DNA from: a virus
Lineage: Duplodnaviria; Caudoviricetes
Length of the DNA: 63,115 nucleotides
Reading direction: 5' to 3' (one strand)
Virus record (IMG/VR): IMGVR_UViG_3300036715_000947
Coordinates: 1 to 63,115 of that record
Shown here piece after piece: positions 16,444 to 26,639 of this stretch. Made by a program: the position numbers and the translations under genes. Position 1 is the first letter of the stretch. Every line of letters starts with the position of its first letter. The notes below the pieces were generated by a model that saw nothing but the letters and a program-made list of their open reading frames with translations, did no database searches and was not told where the DNA came from.

Positions 16444-17001
16444 CTACTTTACAGGAACGGGATGTACGAAGTACCCGCGCGATTCGCGCATTTCTTTCGA
16501 TTTTTCGCAGGCAGCTTTGAATGACTTGAAATAGCCACCAGATTTTTTCGAGCGTTTTCCGTCTTTCTCCCACACCATTTCAACGCTCCACATACCAGCG
16601 TGCGTGCTCCAGTACACACCCGGGTAGCCGGAAGTGTTGGTTTTGTAGATGGGCAAATTATGTGCGTTCTCTGACACGGTGGCAATGCGAAGGTTGGCTG
16701 ACCTGTTGTCGTGCCGAATGCGGTTAATGTGGTCAACGTGCATTCCAGGCTTCCAATTCTTGCACAGCAACCACGCCATTCCTATCGTCTTGCGCTTAAA
16801 AGCGCATTTAGCGTATCCGTAGTTCTCGCTCCAGTGGTGCATGGCTATCTTGTGCAGGTCACGTATGTCCACGATAAACTCGCACGAACTATTGGAAGCC
16901 TTGACATACGCAAGCCCACGATAGAACCTCACCGAATTACGGCACTGAACTACCTCGCCAGTTGGCAGAGTTACCGGAGTGAAAACAACTGGCCAAGCCA
17001 T
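16444..17001 (-). mobile_element. free-standing HNH homing endonuclease with AP2-like C-terminus
   Basis: VDHINRIRHDNRSANLR..T.SEN..N, NTSGYPGVYW; inserted between tail tube and chaperone genes. Confidence 0.88.
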
Positions 17002-18161
17002 CAGGGCAGCCTAGTGATCATGAGCGAGGTATTCGTGCCGCTGTTCGGCGCAAACGACTCAAACTCGACCGAGGCGACCATGAGGCCGTCCTTGGGCTCG
17101 GCAGTCCACTTCTTGATACGCGCCTTGGTGATGTCGATCGTGTAGCTCGTGGTACCGCCGGGGCCGAGGTTGATCTGGAACGCCACGTCGGCGTCGTTTC
17201 GCATGGCGGTGTAGAGGGCGTAGTTGTCGAAGTAGAGCTGCAAGGAGCCAGTCACCTTGGTGGCCTTGGGTCGAATGTCGTAGAGCGCCGAAGACCCGCA
17301 CACCTCGCCGATGTCAGAATTGCGGGCCAACTTGATGGACCAGTCAGTCACGTTGGCGATGGTTACGGTGTCCTTCTTGATAGACCCGTTCCACGAAGTG
17401 ATGAGGTTCGCAGTATTGATGGGAGTGAAGGAGGTGAAGATGGAGGTGGTGCTCTCGTTTCCCACTGCCTTGGAGAGTACGTCGAACTTCACGGAGATGG
17501 AGTCGTTCACCTTGCCGGAAAGCTCCAGACCATCGACTACCACACCAGTGAACGGAAAGTTCATTCCATTCACGAGGTGCGACTTTTCCATCGAGAACGA
17601 AGGGCGATTGTTGCGAACGATCTCGACAGTCGCGGACGCCGACTCCGTGACCAGGGTGGCGGCGCTGGCGGTGAGCACCAACGCGGAGACAGCGGTAAGT
17701 ACAAAGGTGCTGTTGTTACCGGCGTTGACGGCGCCCGACACATCGATGCGGTCGCCGACCACGAAGCCATCAGCGATGAAGCTGCCGCCATCGGCACGCG
17801 TCCATGTCTTGGCCGATGAGTCAATCGCAATCGTGGCCGCTGAGGAAACTACGACTGGAGCGATCTTGATGACGTTGGCGGTCCAGTCGAAGTTACCGAG
17901 CGCGGCAGCCAGCAACATGTCGTAGGTTCCGTACGAGAGACGGCCCGGAATCGAGCCCTTGCCTCGAAGCGCACCACCGACACCAGCGGCAACCAAGCCG
18001 TCAAGCCGAAGCTCTGGATTGTCGATGTACTTCCTGTCCGCATCGAGATTGAACCCAGTGTGGCGAAGAATCTGGCCCACGGGCGACGCGGGCGTGGTGC
18101 CGAAAACAGCTTCTTGGATAAATGCGAGTCGTGCTAGATTGCCAGTTTCAACATTGGGCAT
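17001..18161 (-). CDS. major tail tube protein with an inserted beta-rich accessory domain
   Basis: LAFIQEAVFGTTP N-terminus, VTGSLQLYF; position after the tail terminator. Confidence 0.85.
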   Translation of the reverse strand: MPNVETGNLARLAFIQEAVFGTTPASPVGQILRHTGFNLDADRKYIDNPELRLDGLVAAGVGGALRGKGSIPGRLSYGTYDMLLAAALGNFDWTANVIKIAPVVVSSAATIAIDSSAKTWTRADGGSFIADGFVVGDRIDVSGAVNAGNNSTFVLTAVSALVLTASAATLVTESASATVEIVRNNRPSFSMEKSHLVNGMNFPFTGVVVDGLELSGKVNDSISVKFDVLSKAVGNESTTSIFTSFTPINTANLITSWNGSIKKDTVTIANVTDWSIKLARNSDIGEVCGSSALYDIRPKATKVTGSLQLYFDNYALYTAMRNDADVAFQINLGPGGTTSYTIDITKARIKKWTAEPKDGLMVASVEFESFAPNSGTNTSLMITRLP

Positions 18162-18169
18162 GGTTCACC

Positions 18170-18547
18170 TCAGAGAACAGTGAAGGGTATGGAGACAGGA
18201 ATGTGCCACCAATTCGGTTCTTGGATTGGAGCGGCGAGTCGCGGCACACCACAGAAAATGCCGTTCAGGTTTTGACGCTTGAAATGATCAATCACGGCCT
18301 GTCCAGCGGTGACTGCGGGGCCTATGCCCTCACCAATGGGAACGAATACTGAAACTTGATAGATCCCCCTTTCGTGATCGCCACCGTATAGCTCTGGCTC
18401 CACTGTGGCCGGGATGAACGACACCTTGTAGTAGAGTGCGGTCTGCGTTTCCAGCTTCTCGTTGGGCCACCCAATGGCGGAAGTACCCAGCGACGGCAAG
18501 GTGAGAAGTCGTGCGTCAAGCTCGGCGCGTGCAGCGTCCCAACTCAT
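18170..18547 (-). CDS. tail terminator-like protein
   Basis: IGWPN, GIYQVSVFVP.G.G, WWHIPVSIPF. Confidence 0.75.
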   Translation of the reverse strand: MSWDAARAELDARLLTLPSLGTSAIGWPNEKLETQTALYYKVSFIPATVEPELYGGDHERGIYQVSVFVPIGEGIGPAVTAGQAVIDHFKRQNLNGIFCGVPRLAAPIQEPNWWHIPVSIPFTVL

Positions 18548-18951
18548 TTACTCACCGCCCGTTTCTCGGCGTCTTCCCCGATCTGTTTCCACTTGGCCTC
18601 AAGAACGCGGGCCATGCCTGCCGGTGCCTTCGTGGACGAGCCAAACTCAAGCTCAAGAATGTAGCCGACGTTGTTGTACATGTAGACTGTTTTCCCAGCC
18701 TTCACGGAAGCAGCAAAGGTGCGAGCACGATCCAGTGACGGCTGCCCGTCAACGGAGATTGAAGTAGAAGTCTCCTCGCCTACAGAATTGCCCCAAAAAT
18801 AATTGCTCCTCGCGTTGCCAGTTTGCACCGGGGTGGCGGACACCATGGCGTCCGTAATGCCGATGACGCACTCCCCCAACACGCGATCAAACTGCTTGAC
18901 AGCGTATTCCCTGAACGCGGCCAGATCCTCGGCAAACTTGGTGGCACTCAT
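18544..18951 (-). CDS. neck / tail completion protein (HK97 gp10-like)
   Basis: TPVQTGNARSN, YNNVGYI..LEFGSS.KAPAGM. Confidence 0.8.
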   Translation of the reverse strand: MSATKFAEDLAAFREYAVKQFDRVLGECVIGITDAMVSATPVQTGNARSNYFWGNSVGEETSTSISVDGQPSLDRARTFAASVKAGKTVYMYNNVGYILELEFGSSTKAPAGMARVLEAKWKQIGEDAEKRAVSK

Positions 18952-19316
18952 TTTCGCACCAGTAATGTGTATGCGATGGGCTCGATGCCTTCTGTGTAGA
19001 TGGGATTGATGTTGATGATCTCGTGCGACACGTCAACACCATCGATGACCAGAACTAGCCTGTCGTCGGGGCGTGGGCGCGTTGCACAATCCTTGGCGGC
19101 TAAGAGCGCCGAAAGGTCGCCAGTCTGCACTAGGTTGCCGTTCAGCTTTTCAGTGGCGACAGAGAGGTTCACTTCGCACGGGTAGTCATCATTCACGGAG
19201 CTTGTAGGAGCCCCGGTGGACGCACTGTGGGCACCAAGCACAACGCGGCGAAGAACCGCTGGCACGAGTGGCCCAGCTACTCGCATTGACTTGTAAACCA
19301 ACTGTGCGTAGTCCAT
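18948..19316 (-). CDS. head closure / head-tail joining protein
   Basis: Start MDY; GNLVQTGD, ends LLVRK; synteny. Confidence 0.7.
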   Translation of the reverse strand: MDYAQLVYKSMRVAGPLVPAVLRRVVLGAHSASTGAPTSSVNDDYPCEVNLSVATEKLNGNLVQTGDLSALLAAKDCATRPRPDDRLVLVIDGVDVSHEIININPIYTEGIEPIAYTLLVRK

Positions 19317-19324
19317 GTGGCTAC

Positions 19325-19705
19325 CTAGTCGTCGGGGGTTACAACAATGGCGTGCCTGTAGGGTGACATTAGTTGCCACGCCATCGCGCCGTACTTGGTT
19401 TGGTCAAACCATGCCTTGGGACCGCTGGCCCTGAACTCGTACTCGGCAGTGGTGCTCACGGCGCCGGGAATGCTCACGGAACTGACGCGCCCCACCATCG
19501 GGGCAGACGCCAGTTCCGCAATGTGTGCCGTGAGCTGCATGAGGATGGTGGTGCGAATGGAAACATCCTTGATGCGCGAACTGTCTGTGTTGTTGCAGTG
19601 CGCACAAGCCTCCGCGAAGTAGAGCCCGAGCAGCGTGTTGTCCAGCCCCGCAAACTCGCTGAACCGGAGCTTGAAAAGGGTGGGGTCGAACACCACGACA
19701 GCCAC
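19325..19705 (-). CDS. head-tail adaptor, DUF4054-like
   Basis: F...F.EF, LTAHIAEL, GRVSS, WFDQTKYGAMAWQL. Confidence 0.85.
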   Translation of the reverse strand: MAVVVFDPTLFKLRFSEFAGLDNTLLGLYFAEACAHCNNTDSSRIKDVSIRTTILMQLTAHIAELASAPMVGRVSSVSIPGAVSTTAEYEFRASGPKAWFDQTKYGAMAWQLMSPYRHAIVVTPDD

Positions 19706-19708
19706 GGC

Positions 19709-20098
19709 CTACGCTCCCTTCTTCGCGTTCTTGATGATCTTCTCCATTTCCTCGGTGCCCTCGATGCCGCGCACCGTGAGCGGGTCCAGCGGCTCCAGCC
19801 CAGTCGTGTTTTCCTTCGTGTCCTTCGCCTTTGCCACGGCGTTCTCACGGCCCGTGCTGGCGTAGACATGCCCGCTCTTCACAGGACCATAGTCCTTGTG
19901 ATCCGCGACCCACCTGTCCCAGAAATTCTTGTCCACCACCGTCAGACCATCGCCTTCAACGACGTCGGTGTTGAGAACTGGGCGCTTGGGGTGCGGCATG
20001 TTGTAGCGGGCACTGCCATTGATGCGGATGGTCTGCCCACCAACTTGCAGAAGCAGTCCGTTGGGAAGTTTGCATCCGACGATAACACTTTCAGCCAT
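19709..20098 (-). CDS. conserved head-module hypothetical protein
   Basis: VGCKLPNGL, GLT.VDK.FWD.W, TGLEPLDP; follows the capsid gene. Confidence 0.75.
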   Translation of the reverse strand: MAESVIVGCKLPNGLLLQVGGQTIRINGSARYNMPHPKRPVLNTDVVEGDGLTVVDKNFWDRWVADHKDYGPVKSGHVYASTGRENAVAKAKDTKENTTGLEPLDPLTVRGIEGTEEMEKIIKNAKKGA

Positions 20099-20179
20099 GA
20101 CATTCTCCGGGGTTTCTGACAAAGGTTGAACTACAAAATTGCGCGGGCCACACGATGCAGCCCGCGCAAGGTGGTGCGA

Positions 20180-21247
20180 CTAGATTCCGATCATCTGCGC
20201 GATGGCGGCGGGGAGCTTGATGATCGCGCCCCAAGTGCCACCGCTCTTCTTCTGCACGGTGCTGGAGGTGTCACGCACAAGGCCGTGCGCACGGTACTTC
20301 TCAGTGAAGGCGCAGAAGCCGAGCCGCTGTCCCTCGACCTGCTCCACGAACAACTGCGCAAGCTCACCAGCAGAAGTGGAGTACTCGGGCGCGGTCTTGA
20401 TGGTCATGTTGGGGTACGCCTCGGCCAAGAACTGCTTCACGGAACCGGAGCCGTACACATTGCTCATGGGGGTGAGCAGGGTGGCCTGGACCAGGGTGGA
20501 GATGGCCAGGGTCATCGGAGTGTTCATGTCGACGAGCCCGCCAAGCTGGCTCTGCAACTGCTTGTAGAGGTTCTGAATGTCCAGAACAATCTCAGAACCA
20601 GTGCCCTTGGCCCAGGTGGTGCCGCCCGCAGCCTTGGTGCCGGGGACGATGGGGGCGTTGAGGGAGGGATCGTTGAGCCACCCATAGTTGTCCAAACCCT
20701 GGACACCGAGGAAGTACGAGGAGTTCTGGAACTTGTTGAAGATGAGCGCCGAAGCCAGGTTCTTCTCCGCAGCGGCGTCGATCTTCTGGAGCCCGGCCAC
20801 TTCAAGCTCACGATCACCCCAGCGAGTGAAGGTCTGGTAGTGGTAGCTCTGGCGAGTCTCGTAGTTGATGTTGGCCTCGGTGGCGCCGCCGGAGTTGTAG
20901 TCTCCGTAAGGTGCCACAGAGCCGGACGACTCGACCATGGAGAAGGTGGCCGTCATGGTGGTCCAGTCGCCCTTCTTCTGTTCGCCGAAGATTTCCACGG
21001 CACGAAGAGGCGTGGTGAGCACGCGGGTGAGTTCGGGGTCCAGGTAGTTGGACAGGTACGCGGGAATGGCGGCGTTGCCGACGGTCACGAGGTGCGACTG
21101 GAGGGGATTGGGAGGCGCGGCATCCATCGTGAGAAGTGCGTTTGCGGCGTCCATTCCGATCTGCGAGTTGCGGTAGTCCACGGCACCGGGGAACACGATT
21201 CCGAAGGTGTCGGCAAGGAGTGAAATGTCTTTGTGCTGCATGGCCAT
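20180..21247 (-). CDS. major capsid protein (DUF2184-like, HK97 fold)
   Basis: 355 aa; KKGDWT, YGDY, RQSYHYQT, YGWLNDPSL, QKKSGGTWGAII.P.AIAQMIGI; strong codon bias. Confidence 0.9.
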   Translation of the reverse strand: MAMQHKDISLLADTFGIVFPGAVDYRNSQIGMDAANALLTMDAAPPNPLQSHLVTVGNAAIPAYLSNYLDPELTRVLTTPLRAVEIFGEQKKGDWTTMTATFSMVESSGSVAPYGDYNSGGATEANINYETRQSYHYQTFTRWGDRELEVAGLQKIDAAAEKNLASALIFNKFQNSSYFLGVQGLDNYGWLNDPSLNAPIVPGTKAAGGTTWAKGTGSEIVLDIQNLYKQLQSQLGGLVDMNTPMTLAISTLVQATLLTPMSNVYGSGSVKQFLAEAYPNMTIKTAPEYSTSAGELAQLFVEQVEGQRLGFCAFTEKYRAHGLVRDTSSTVQKKSGGTWGAIIKLPAAIAQMIGI

Positions 21248-21259
21248 GTCAGTGTCTCC

Positions 21260-22201
21260 TTAGTTCTTGATGCCGATGATGATCAGATCCCCGACATTCC
21301 CAGGAGTCTTCACATAGAAGGGAGTTTCCACCCAGGCGGTGGCAGAGACGGCCTGGGCAGTGATGGTGCCGGGCGAGGTGGAGAGGTTGTAGGTGCCGAC
21401 TCCGCCCGTGCCGGTGCCGAGGCTGGTGATGTAGGTACCGGCGGCGACGCTGGCGGACGAAATCACGGAGCCCACGGCGAGCGAGCCAGCGGTGACAGCC
21501 GTGACGGTCATCACATTGGTGGCGAAGGAGGCGGTGCCAGTGAAGCCACCCTGCGAACCGTTGGCCGTGACGGTGATCGCGGAATTGGAACTGAGCGTGC
21601 CGGGATAAGTGGACAGCGAGTAGGTGGCGGAGGTGCAGGCGCCGGGGGTGCCGGTCAACTGAGCTTCGATGAAGGTGTTGGCGGGGATGCCAGTGCCGGA
21701 CACCTTCATGCCGGGAGCGAGGTAGACACTGCCAGCGGTGGGCGTCATCACATTGGTGGCGAAGGAAGCGGTAATCACACCGCTCGTCCCACCAGGATCA
21801 GTGTTGAAGGAACCGGCGGGGGCGGCGTTGACGGAGCCGTCGAACAAGTTGGCGAAAACCTTGTCGCCGACAGCGGCGTCACCGAAAGAAGAGCGAGCGA
21901 AGAAGTCGCCGCGATCAAAGATCGTGACGCGGTTCCCCTTCGGGATGACCATGGAGCTTTCGCCCTTCCACGCCGTGATCAGTGCATCCTGCGGGCCGCC
22001 GACGAAGCCAGCGGGAGCCACGAGACCAGTCTTGCAGAACGAGTTCACGAGCCCGCTGCTGGTAAGCCACGCGAACGAAGCGACGTTGACGCCGGAGACA
22101 TCGGCGACGAAATTGCCGAGAACCGTGGAGCACGGATTGGTGGAAGCGATGTCGCCTTCGACACCGGGAGAGGGGTTTGCGTTCACCTGCTGCTGGAACA
22201 T
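21260..22201 (-). CDS. capsid decoration/cement protein with two inserted repeated domains
   Basis: FQQQVN..P.PGVEGD.ASTNP N-terminus; internal repeat ASFATNVMT..GTY.LS. Confidence 0.75.
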   Translation of the reverse strand: MFQQQVNANPSPGVEGDIASTNPCSTVLGNFVADVSGVNVASFAWLTSSGLVNSFCKTGLVAPAGFVGGPQDALITAWKGESSMVIPKGNRVTIFDRGDFFARSSFGDAAVGDKVFANLFDGSVNAAPAGSFNTDPGGTSGVITASFATNVMTPTAGSVYLAPGMKVSGTGIPANTFIEAQLTGTPGACTSATYSLSTYPGTLSSNSAITVTANGSQGGFTGTASFATNVMTVTAVTAGSLAVGSVISSASVAAGTYITSLGTGTGGVGTYNLSTSPGTITAQAVSATAWVETPFYVKTPGNVGDLIIIGIKN

Positions 22202-22204
22202 GGG

Positions 22205-23881
22205 CTATCCTTTCACCATGGTTGCGGCGTGAGGGTATCGGGTGGCGAAGTCAGCGACGCTGGCAGCGTCAACGGTGAGGCTGTCGGCGGCGTGAGAGGG
22301 CTCGGCAACGGCGGGCAGAGCCTTCAGAAGAGCACGGTAGGCGGAGGGATGGACGCCGGAAGTGTCCACCTTCTTGCTGTCGAGGGCCAGCTTGTAGATG
22401 GCCTCGGCGGAGTCAGCCGCAAGGGCGTCAACATCGCCGATGATCGGCTGCACGTCCTTGGCGGCCTGGAAGCGGGCGGCCAGTTCGGCAGTGGTGGCCT
22501 TCTTGATCTCGGCGAGCGCGGCATCCATGGCGGACTGGGTAACGCCAGGATCTTTCTTCGCCTCTTCGGAGATTTTCGTTGCATCGGCAACGAGCTTTTC
22601 AGCGGCAAGCTGGGCGTCGGACACGATCTTGTCGGCGGACAGCTTGGCGTCGGCCACGATCTTGTCGGCGGACAGCTTGGCGTCTGCCACCAGCTTCTCG
22701 GCTTCGGCTTTGAGGTCTTCGGGGGTCGGCATTGCGTCTCCTGTTACGGTGTTGCGGTTTATGAGGGCGGTTACGAGTCGATTGATTTCGATGATTCCAT
22801 CTTCTGGAATTTTGTAACTCGAAATTTTGTTCATCAACTCGGAAACCAGGGACTCGTCACTAGCACTTGGACGCCCGCCCTGCGTGGATGTGTCTGGATT
22901 GTCTGGATTGAGCAGCTTGTCTAGCTCAGCCTGCTCCTCCAGTTCGTCGAGCTTGTCAAGCTCGTCCATGAGTGATGCGTCGTAGGTTAGCTCGCCCTCC
23001 ATGCTTGAAAGTAGTGCGTTGAGATCGTCGCAAGCAAAGGTGCCTGCAAGACGATCCTTGAAGGTTTCAGACACAGCGCCCACCAAGCCATCGACCTGCC
23101 TGCCGTATCGTGCAGGTGCGATGTTCTTGACAAGTTTGCTGATTTCACCGGGCACGATCTTGGCGTCGGCTGCCATGTGGCCGGAAAGGTAGGTGTACAA
23201 CGCGCCCCGCACCATCTGTCCAACTGGAGTGAGCGCCCGAGCCTTTTGCTTCATAGACTTCCCCCCATCGTGAGCCGCGTCTGCAACAACCACGTCGTGA
23301 CCCGCACGGCCAGTCTCAACAAGCGCGACGTGGTTTCCAACTATGTCGGACATCACGCCATCGTACGCCACGCCCTCGTAGACACCAGGCGTTGGCACGA
23401 ACGTGTAGCGATACCCGCAAGAAAGCTCGTAGCGCGTTTTGTCATTCACTCCGTTGATGGCGTCGGCTGTCCAAAGGACGATTGAGTTTTTGAGATACGG
23501 AGCCTCAAACACTGCATCCGTGCCCGTGGCACCCACGATGTAGTTTTTGAGTGCGGGGTCTTCGAGGTCCATCGCGCCAACCGGCCGGTGGGCGTCGAGA
23601 AGTGGGAGGCTGTTGAATGTCGGCGCGGCCTTGGCAAGCTCTTCCGCTGGCCGCAGCACATGGTAGACGCGATCAGCGACAAGGCCGTGCGCTCTCCAGT
23701 TCGGGATCTCGTGCCCGAAATACGGATTCACGGCAGACTTGGAAATGTTGCAGCCGTCAACGTGCATGAAGCCTTGTGCGTCAATGTGCCTAGCGCTAGC
23801 TCTGTCCAGTGCCAGCTTGTCCAGCGCCAGCTTGTCGAACGCGAGCAGCTTCTCGTCAAGTACGCTAGGCACGGTACCCAC
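22205..23881 (-). CDS. prohead protease/scaffold (DUF2213-like)
   Basis: NISKS.VNPY.G.EIP, ELSCGYRY, YDGVM..IVGNHVALVE.GRAG.DV.VAD; coiled-coil scaffold-like tail. Confidence 0.9.
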   Translation of the reverse strand: MGTVPSVLDEKLLAFDKLALDKLALDRASARHIDAQGFMHVDGCNISKSAVNPYFGHEIPNWRAHGLVADRVYHVLRPAEELAKAAPTFNSLPLLDAHRPVGAMDLEDPALKNYIVGATGTDAVFEAPYLKNSIVLWTADAINGVNDKTRYELSCGYRYTFVPTPGVYEGVAYDGVMSDIVGNHVALVETGRAGHDVVVADAAHDGGKSMKQKARALTPVGQMVRGALYTYLSGHMAADAKIVPGEISKLVKNIAPARYGRQVDGLVGAVSETFKDRLAGTFACDDLNALLSSMEGELTYDASLMDELDKLDELEEQAELDKLLNPDNPDTSTQGGRPSASDESLVSELMNKISSYKIPEDGIIEINRLVTALINRNTVTGDAMPTPEDLKAEAEKLVADAKLSADKIVADAKLSADKIVSDAQLAAEKLVADATKISEEAKKDPGVTQSAMDAALAEIKKATTAELAARFQAAKDVQPIIGDVDALAADSAEAIYKLALDSKKVDTSGVHPSAYRALLKALPAVAEPSHAADSLTVDAASVADFATRYPHAATMVKG

Positions 23882-24173
23882 CCTTCACAATGGCTTGCGT
23901 GTTGGAAAGCATGAGCGAACGGCCTGCGCTCGTGGTGGCTAGGCAATAGTGCGTGTATGTTTCGCCAAGTGTGCCAGCAATCACAATCTGCTTAACTAGC
24001 GAAGTGTCCACAGTCGGAGCACCCGAGACAATCGCGGAAGTGGCGCTAACTCCGTCTGAGTCTTCGGCAGTCCACACGGCGCTAGAAATGGTTTCGCCCG
24101 CGCCCAAGAGCCGCGAGTAGTCGAAACCAAGGATGACAACTTCTCTGGGATCTTTGGCAGGGAAGGGCTTCAC
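23865..24173 (-). CDS. small virion protein, fibre adaptor-like
   Basis: KDPREV....FDYS..L..GETISSA.W; follows the repeat-rich fibre-like gene. Confidence 0.6.
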   Translation of the reverse strand: MKPFPAKDPREVVILGFDYSRLLGAGETISSAVWTAEDSDGVSATSAIVSGAPTVDTSLVKQIVIAGTLGETYTHYCLATTSAGRSLMLSNTQAIVKGGYRA

Positions 24174-25636
24174 GCTTTCACCGTGTAGTTACGCATGTCT
24201 GCTCCCGGCGTGTAGTTTCTTGCCAGCCCTACGGTCACATCCACTCCATTGGTACAAGTGTAACCCCCGGAGAGATAATATCTAGTGCTGGCCCCAAATA
24301 AGTAGAATCTGTCGTCCGCCTGTGCTATGAGCGTCCGAGCGTGAAGTAGGTCTATGTTCAGACCGACAACTGAGAGTGCCGGAATATAACAAGTGAACGA
24401 CGAGATAGCTGTTGGAACATTGAGCCCTACACCTAGATCTGGCGCGGGTTTGCCAAGCACCAGTCCAGTAGGCGATGGGCATTGGGCGTTGGTGCTAAGC
24501 GAAGGCAGTCCACCTTGAAGCGCCAGATTTGCAGAAGAAGGCACCAAAAAGTTCTTGACAAGATTTGGAGCCAAAGTCCCGGTACTGACGACGGCGGCGC
24601 CGGGAACCTGGAGAACCCTGGCAACGGCAAGACTGGGCGCGGCGGAGGAGGCCGTCACTCCGGTTGCGCTGGAAACTCCTAGCAAGAAATCGAGCTTTGG
24701 TGGATTCTTGGCTAAGTTTGTAGTTGCAGGGCCAGGGACCGCAAGGTTCACCTGCGCCGTGGGAGCTAGGGCGGTGAGCCCCACGCTCGTGGGCGTTGGG
24801 CAGAGGAGCGAGATGCCCTGTGTCAGTGACGGTGCGTTGCTCGCAGACGTAATGGCGGTGGGCGTCGGCGATTGCAGTACAATTTGACTGCTCAGCGCAG
24901 GAGCGTTGCTAGCTAGCGAGATGGTAGCCGCAGGGGCCTGTAATGACGCCGATAATGTAGGCGCATTGCTAGCTAGAGACACCGTGGCTGCGGGAACTTG
25001 TAGCGACGCGCTTACAGACAACGATGGTGCAAGCGTGGAAACGACTAGCGACGCGGCGAGCGCAAGTAGGCTAGAAACGAGCGCGGGAGGATTGGTGCTC
25101 GTTTGTAGCGCTACGGGCGTAGGACACGAAATAGACGTGCCAGCGGTCAGCGACGGGGCATTCGTGGCGGTCGCTAGAGCGGTCGTTGGCGCTTGGAGCG
25201 TGAACTGGGCCGTTGGCGACGGACTGGAGCTTGTGATGGCCGCAGGAGCCGGGCAGTTCAGGACAATGTTCTGCGTCAGTGTCGGCGAAGGGCTCGCCGT
25301 GACAATCGCAACGGGGGCCGGAGCCTGTAGGCTAGTACCTTGAGAAAGGGTGGGCGAGGGGCTCGCCGTGGCAATCGCAACGGGGTCGGGGCAATTAAGA
25401 ACGATACTCTGCACCAGGGTTGGTGCGGGCGCAGCCGTTGCCATTGCCACGGGCGCAGGAGCCTGTAGTACGAGTTGGACAGTTGGCGCTGTCGTGGCTG
25501 TGGCGATGTTGGTCGGCGCAGGGCAACTGAGAACCGTACCAGGAGCCGCTTCCCAAAACTCCGAACCGGTCACGGCTCCAAGGACGCCTTCGTCTCGGAG
25601 GTTCTGAGCCGTGGCGCGGGTGGTCCACAGCATCAC
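24170..25636 (-). CDS. Ala/Pro/Thr/Ser-rich repetitive fibre-like protein
   Basis: Recurrent LxxPAPxAIxxAxxAPxL units throughout 488 aa. Confidence 0.65.
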   Translation of the reverse strand: MMLWTTRATAQNLRDEGVLGAVTGSEFWEAAPGTVLSCPAPTNIATATTAPTVQLVLQAPAPVAMATAAPAPTLVQSIVLNCPDPVAIATASPSPTLSQGTSLQAPAPVAIVTASPSPTLTQNIVLNCPAPAAITSSSPSPTAQFTLQAPTTALATATNAPSLTAGTSISCPTPVALQTSTNPPALVSSLLALAASLVVSTLAPSLSVSASLQVPAATVSLASNAPTLSASLQAPAATISLASNAPALSSQIVLQSPTPTAITSASNAPSLTQGISLLCPTPTSVGLTALAPTAQVNLAVPGPATTNLAKNPPKLDFLLGVSSATGVTASSAAPSLAVARVLQVPGAAVVSTGTLAPNLVKNFLVPSSANLALQGGLPSLSTNAQCPSPTGLVLGKPAPDLGVGLNVPTAISSFTCYIPALSVVGLNIDLLHARTLIAQADDRFYLFGASTRYYLSGGYTCTNGVDVTVGLARNYTPGADMRNYTVKA

Positions 25637-26466
25637 TTGGCTCCGATGGCGAAGGAGCCGACGCTTGTGCCGGTGCTGGTCGTGGTCGTCCAGTACATCG
25701 CGTTGATGCAGGCGTTGGCCCCGACCTTGGGCTCACTGAGCGCCGCGAAGTCAGCGATGTAGAAACCGTTAGAGATGAGGCTAACGAACGACGACAGCCG
25801 CTTGACCGCCGTGACACCGAAACTACCCGCCGTTCCAGTGCTCGCGCTGAGGGTCACGGAATCAACCGTCTTGATCCACTTGCCCACGGTGCCGGCTGGA
25901 GGCTGGATCGGGAGCATACGGTATGCGGGCAGGGAGGCCGCGATGGTAACGGTCGTGGTCCCGGTGGAGGCATCGTTATAGGTCACGGCGCAGGTTGCCG
26001 TGACGCCGGTGGAGCCCGTAGCCGTATACCATTCCAGATACCACTCCACGTCTGAGTAGTCCGATGAGCAACGGCCATCGGTGACGGGTGAGGTCATCAC
26101 CGCGCCGGTGGACTGCGCCGTGGTCACGGTACCGCTTAGGCCGCCCATGTGGCCCAGGCGGTCGATCAGCCACTTTCCCTGACCGGCGTTGGACTGGGCG
26201 ATAGAGCCCCAGATCAGTCGGCAGGTTGCGCTTCCGGGATTTACGTAGTTGGGGTTGTACGCCCCGAGCGTAGTGTTAGTCGGGTTCGCCCACGCTCCGG
26301 GAGTCGCTCCCGCCGCAGGTGCACCGCCCTCCTGCCACCCGGAGTACCAATTTCCGGCCACGGCGGTCAGACTTGTTTTGTAGATGTTGAATCGACCACC
26401 TGCGCCGGAGTTACCGGCAGCGGCGAGTGCAGAGACTACATCTGAGGTACTCGCAAAATCGGTCAC
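25633..26466 (-). CDS. putative virion structural protein (Gly/Thr/Ala-rich beta protein)
   Basis: 277 aa ORF coupled by overlapping start/stop codons. Confidence 0.65.
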   Translation of the reverse strand: MTDFASTSDVVSALAAAGNSGAGGRFNIYKTSLTAVAGNWYSGWQEGGAPAAGATPGAWANPTNTTLGAYNPNYVNPGSATCRLIWGSIAQSNAGQGKWLIDRLGHMGGLSGTVTTAQSTGAVMTSPVTDGRCSSDYSDVEWYLEWYTATGSTGVTATCAVTYNDASTGTTTVTIAASLPAYRMLPIQPPAGTVGKWIKTVDSVTLSASTGTAGSFGVTAVKRLSSFVSLISNGFYIADFAALSEPKVGANACINAMYWTTTTSTGTSVGSFAIGAK

Positions 26467-26627
26467 GGTGCGGCCTCCAGATACATCGGCGCGAAGGCCG
26501 ACTCGATGCCCTCAAGATAGATCACCGTTTGCCCGTCATCGGCGGTGCCTACGGAGGCCACGGTGTGCACACCAGGGAAGGCGTCCGCAAAGGGTGTGAG
26601 GACTACGACGAGATCACCGGGATTCAT
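26463..26627 (-). CDS. 54-aa hypothetical protein MNPGDLVVVLTPF..., absent from the ORF track
   Basis: AGGAGG SD, ATG at 26627, TGA overlapping the GTG of the next gene. Confidence 0.75.
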   Translation of the reverse strand: MNPGDLVVVLTPFADAFPGVHTVASVGTADDGQTVIYLEGIESAFAPMYLEAAP

Positions 26628-26639
26628 TCGAGCCTCCTA

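Noticed and set aside
20126-22924. Long plus-strand ORFs (365 and 563 aa) opposite the capsid genes
   Set aside because: Antisense shadows expected from strong GC3 codon bias; no motifs
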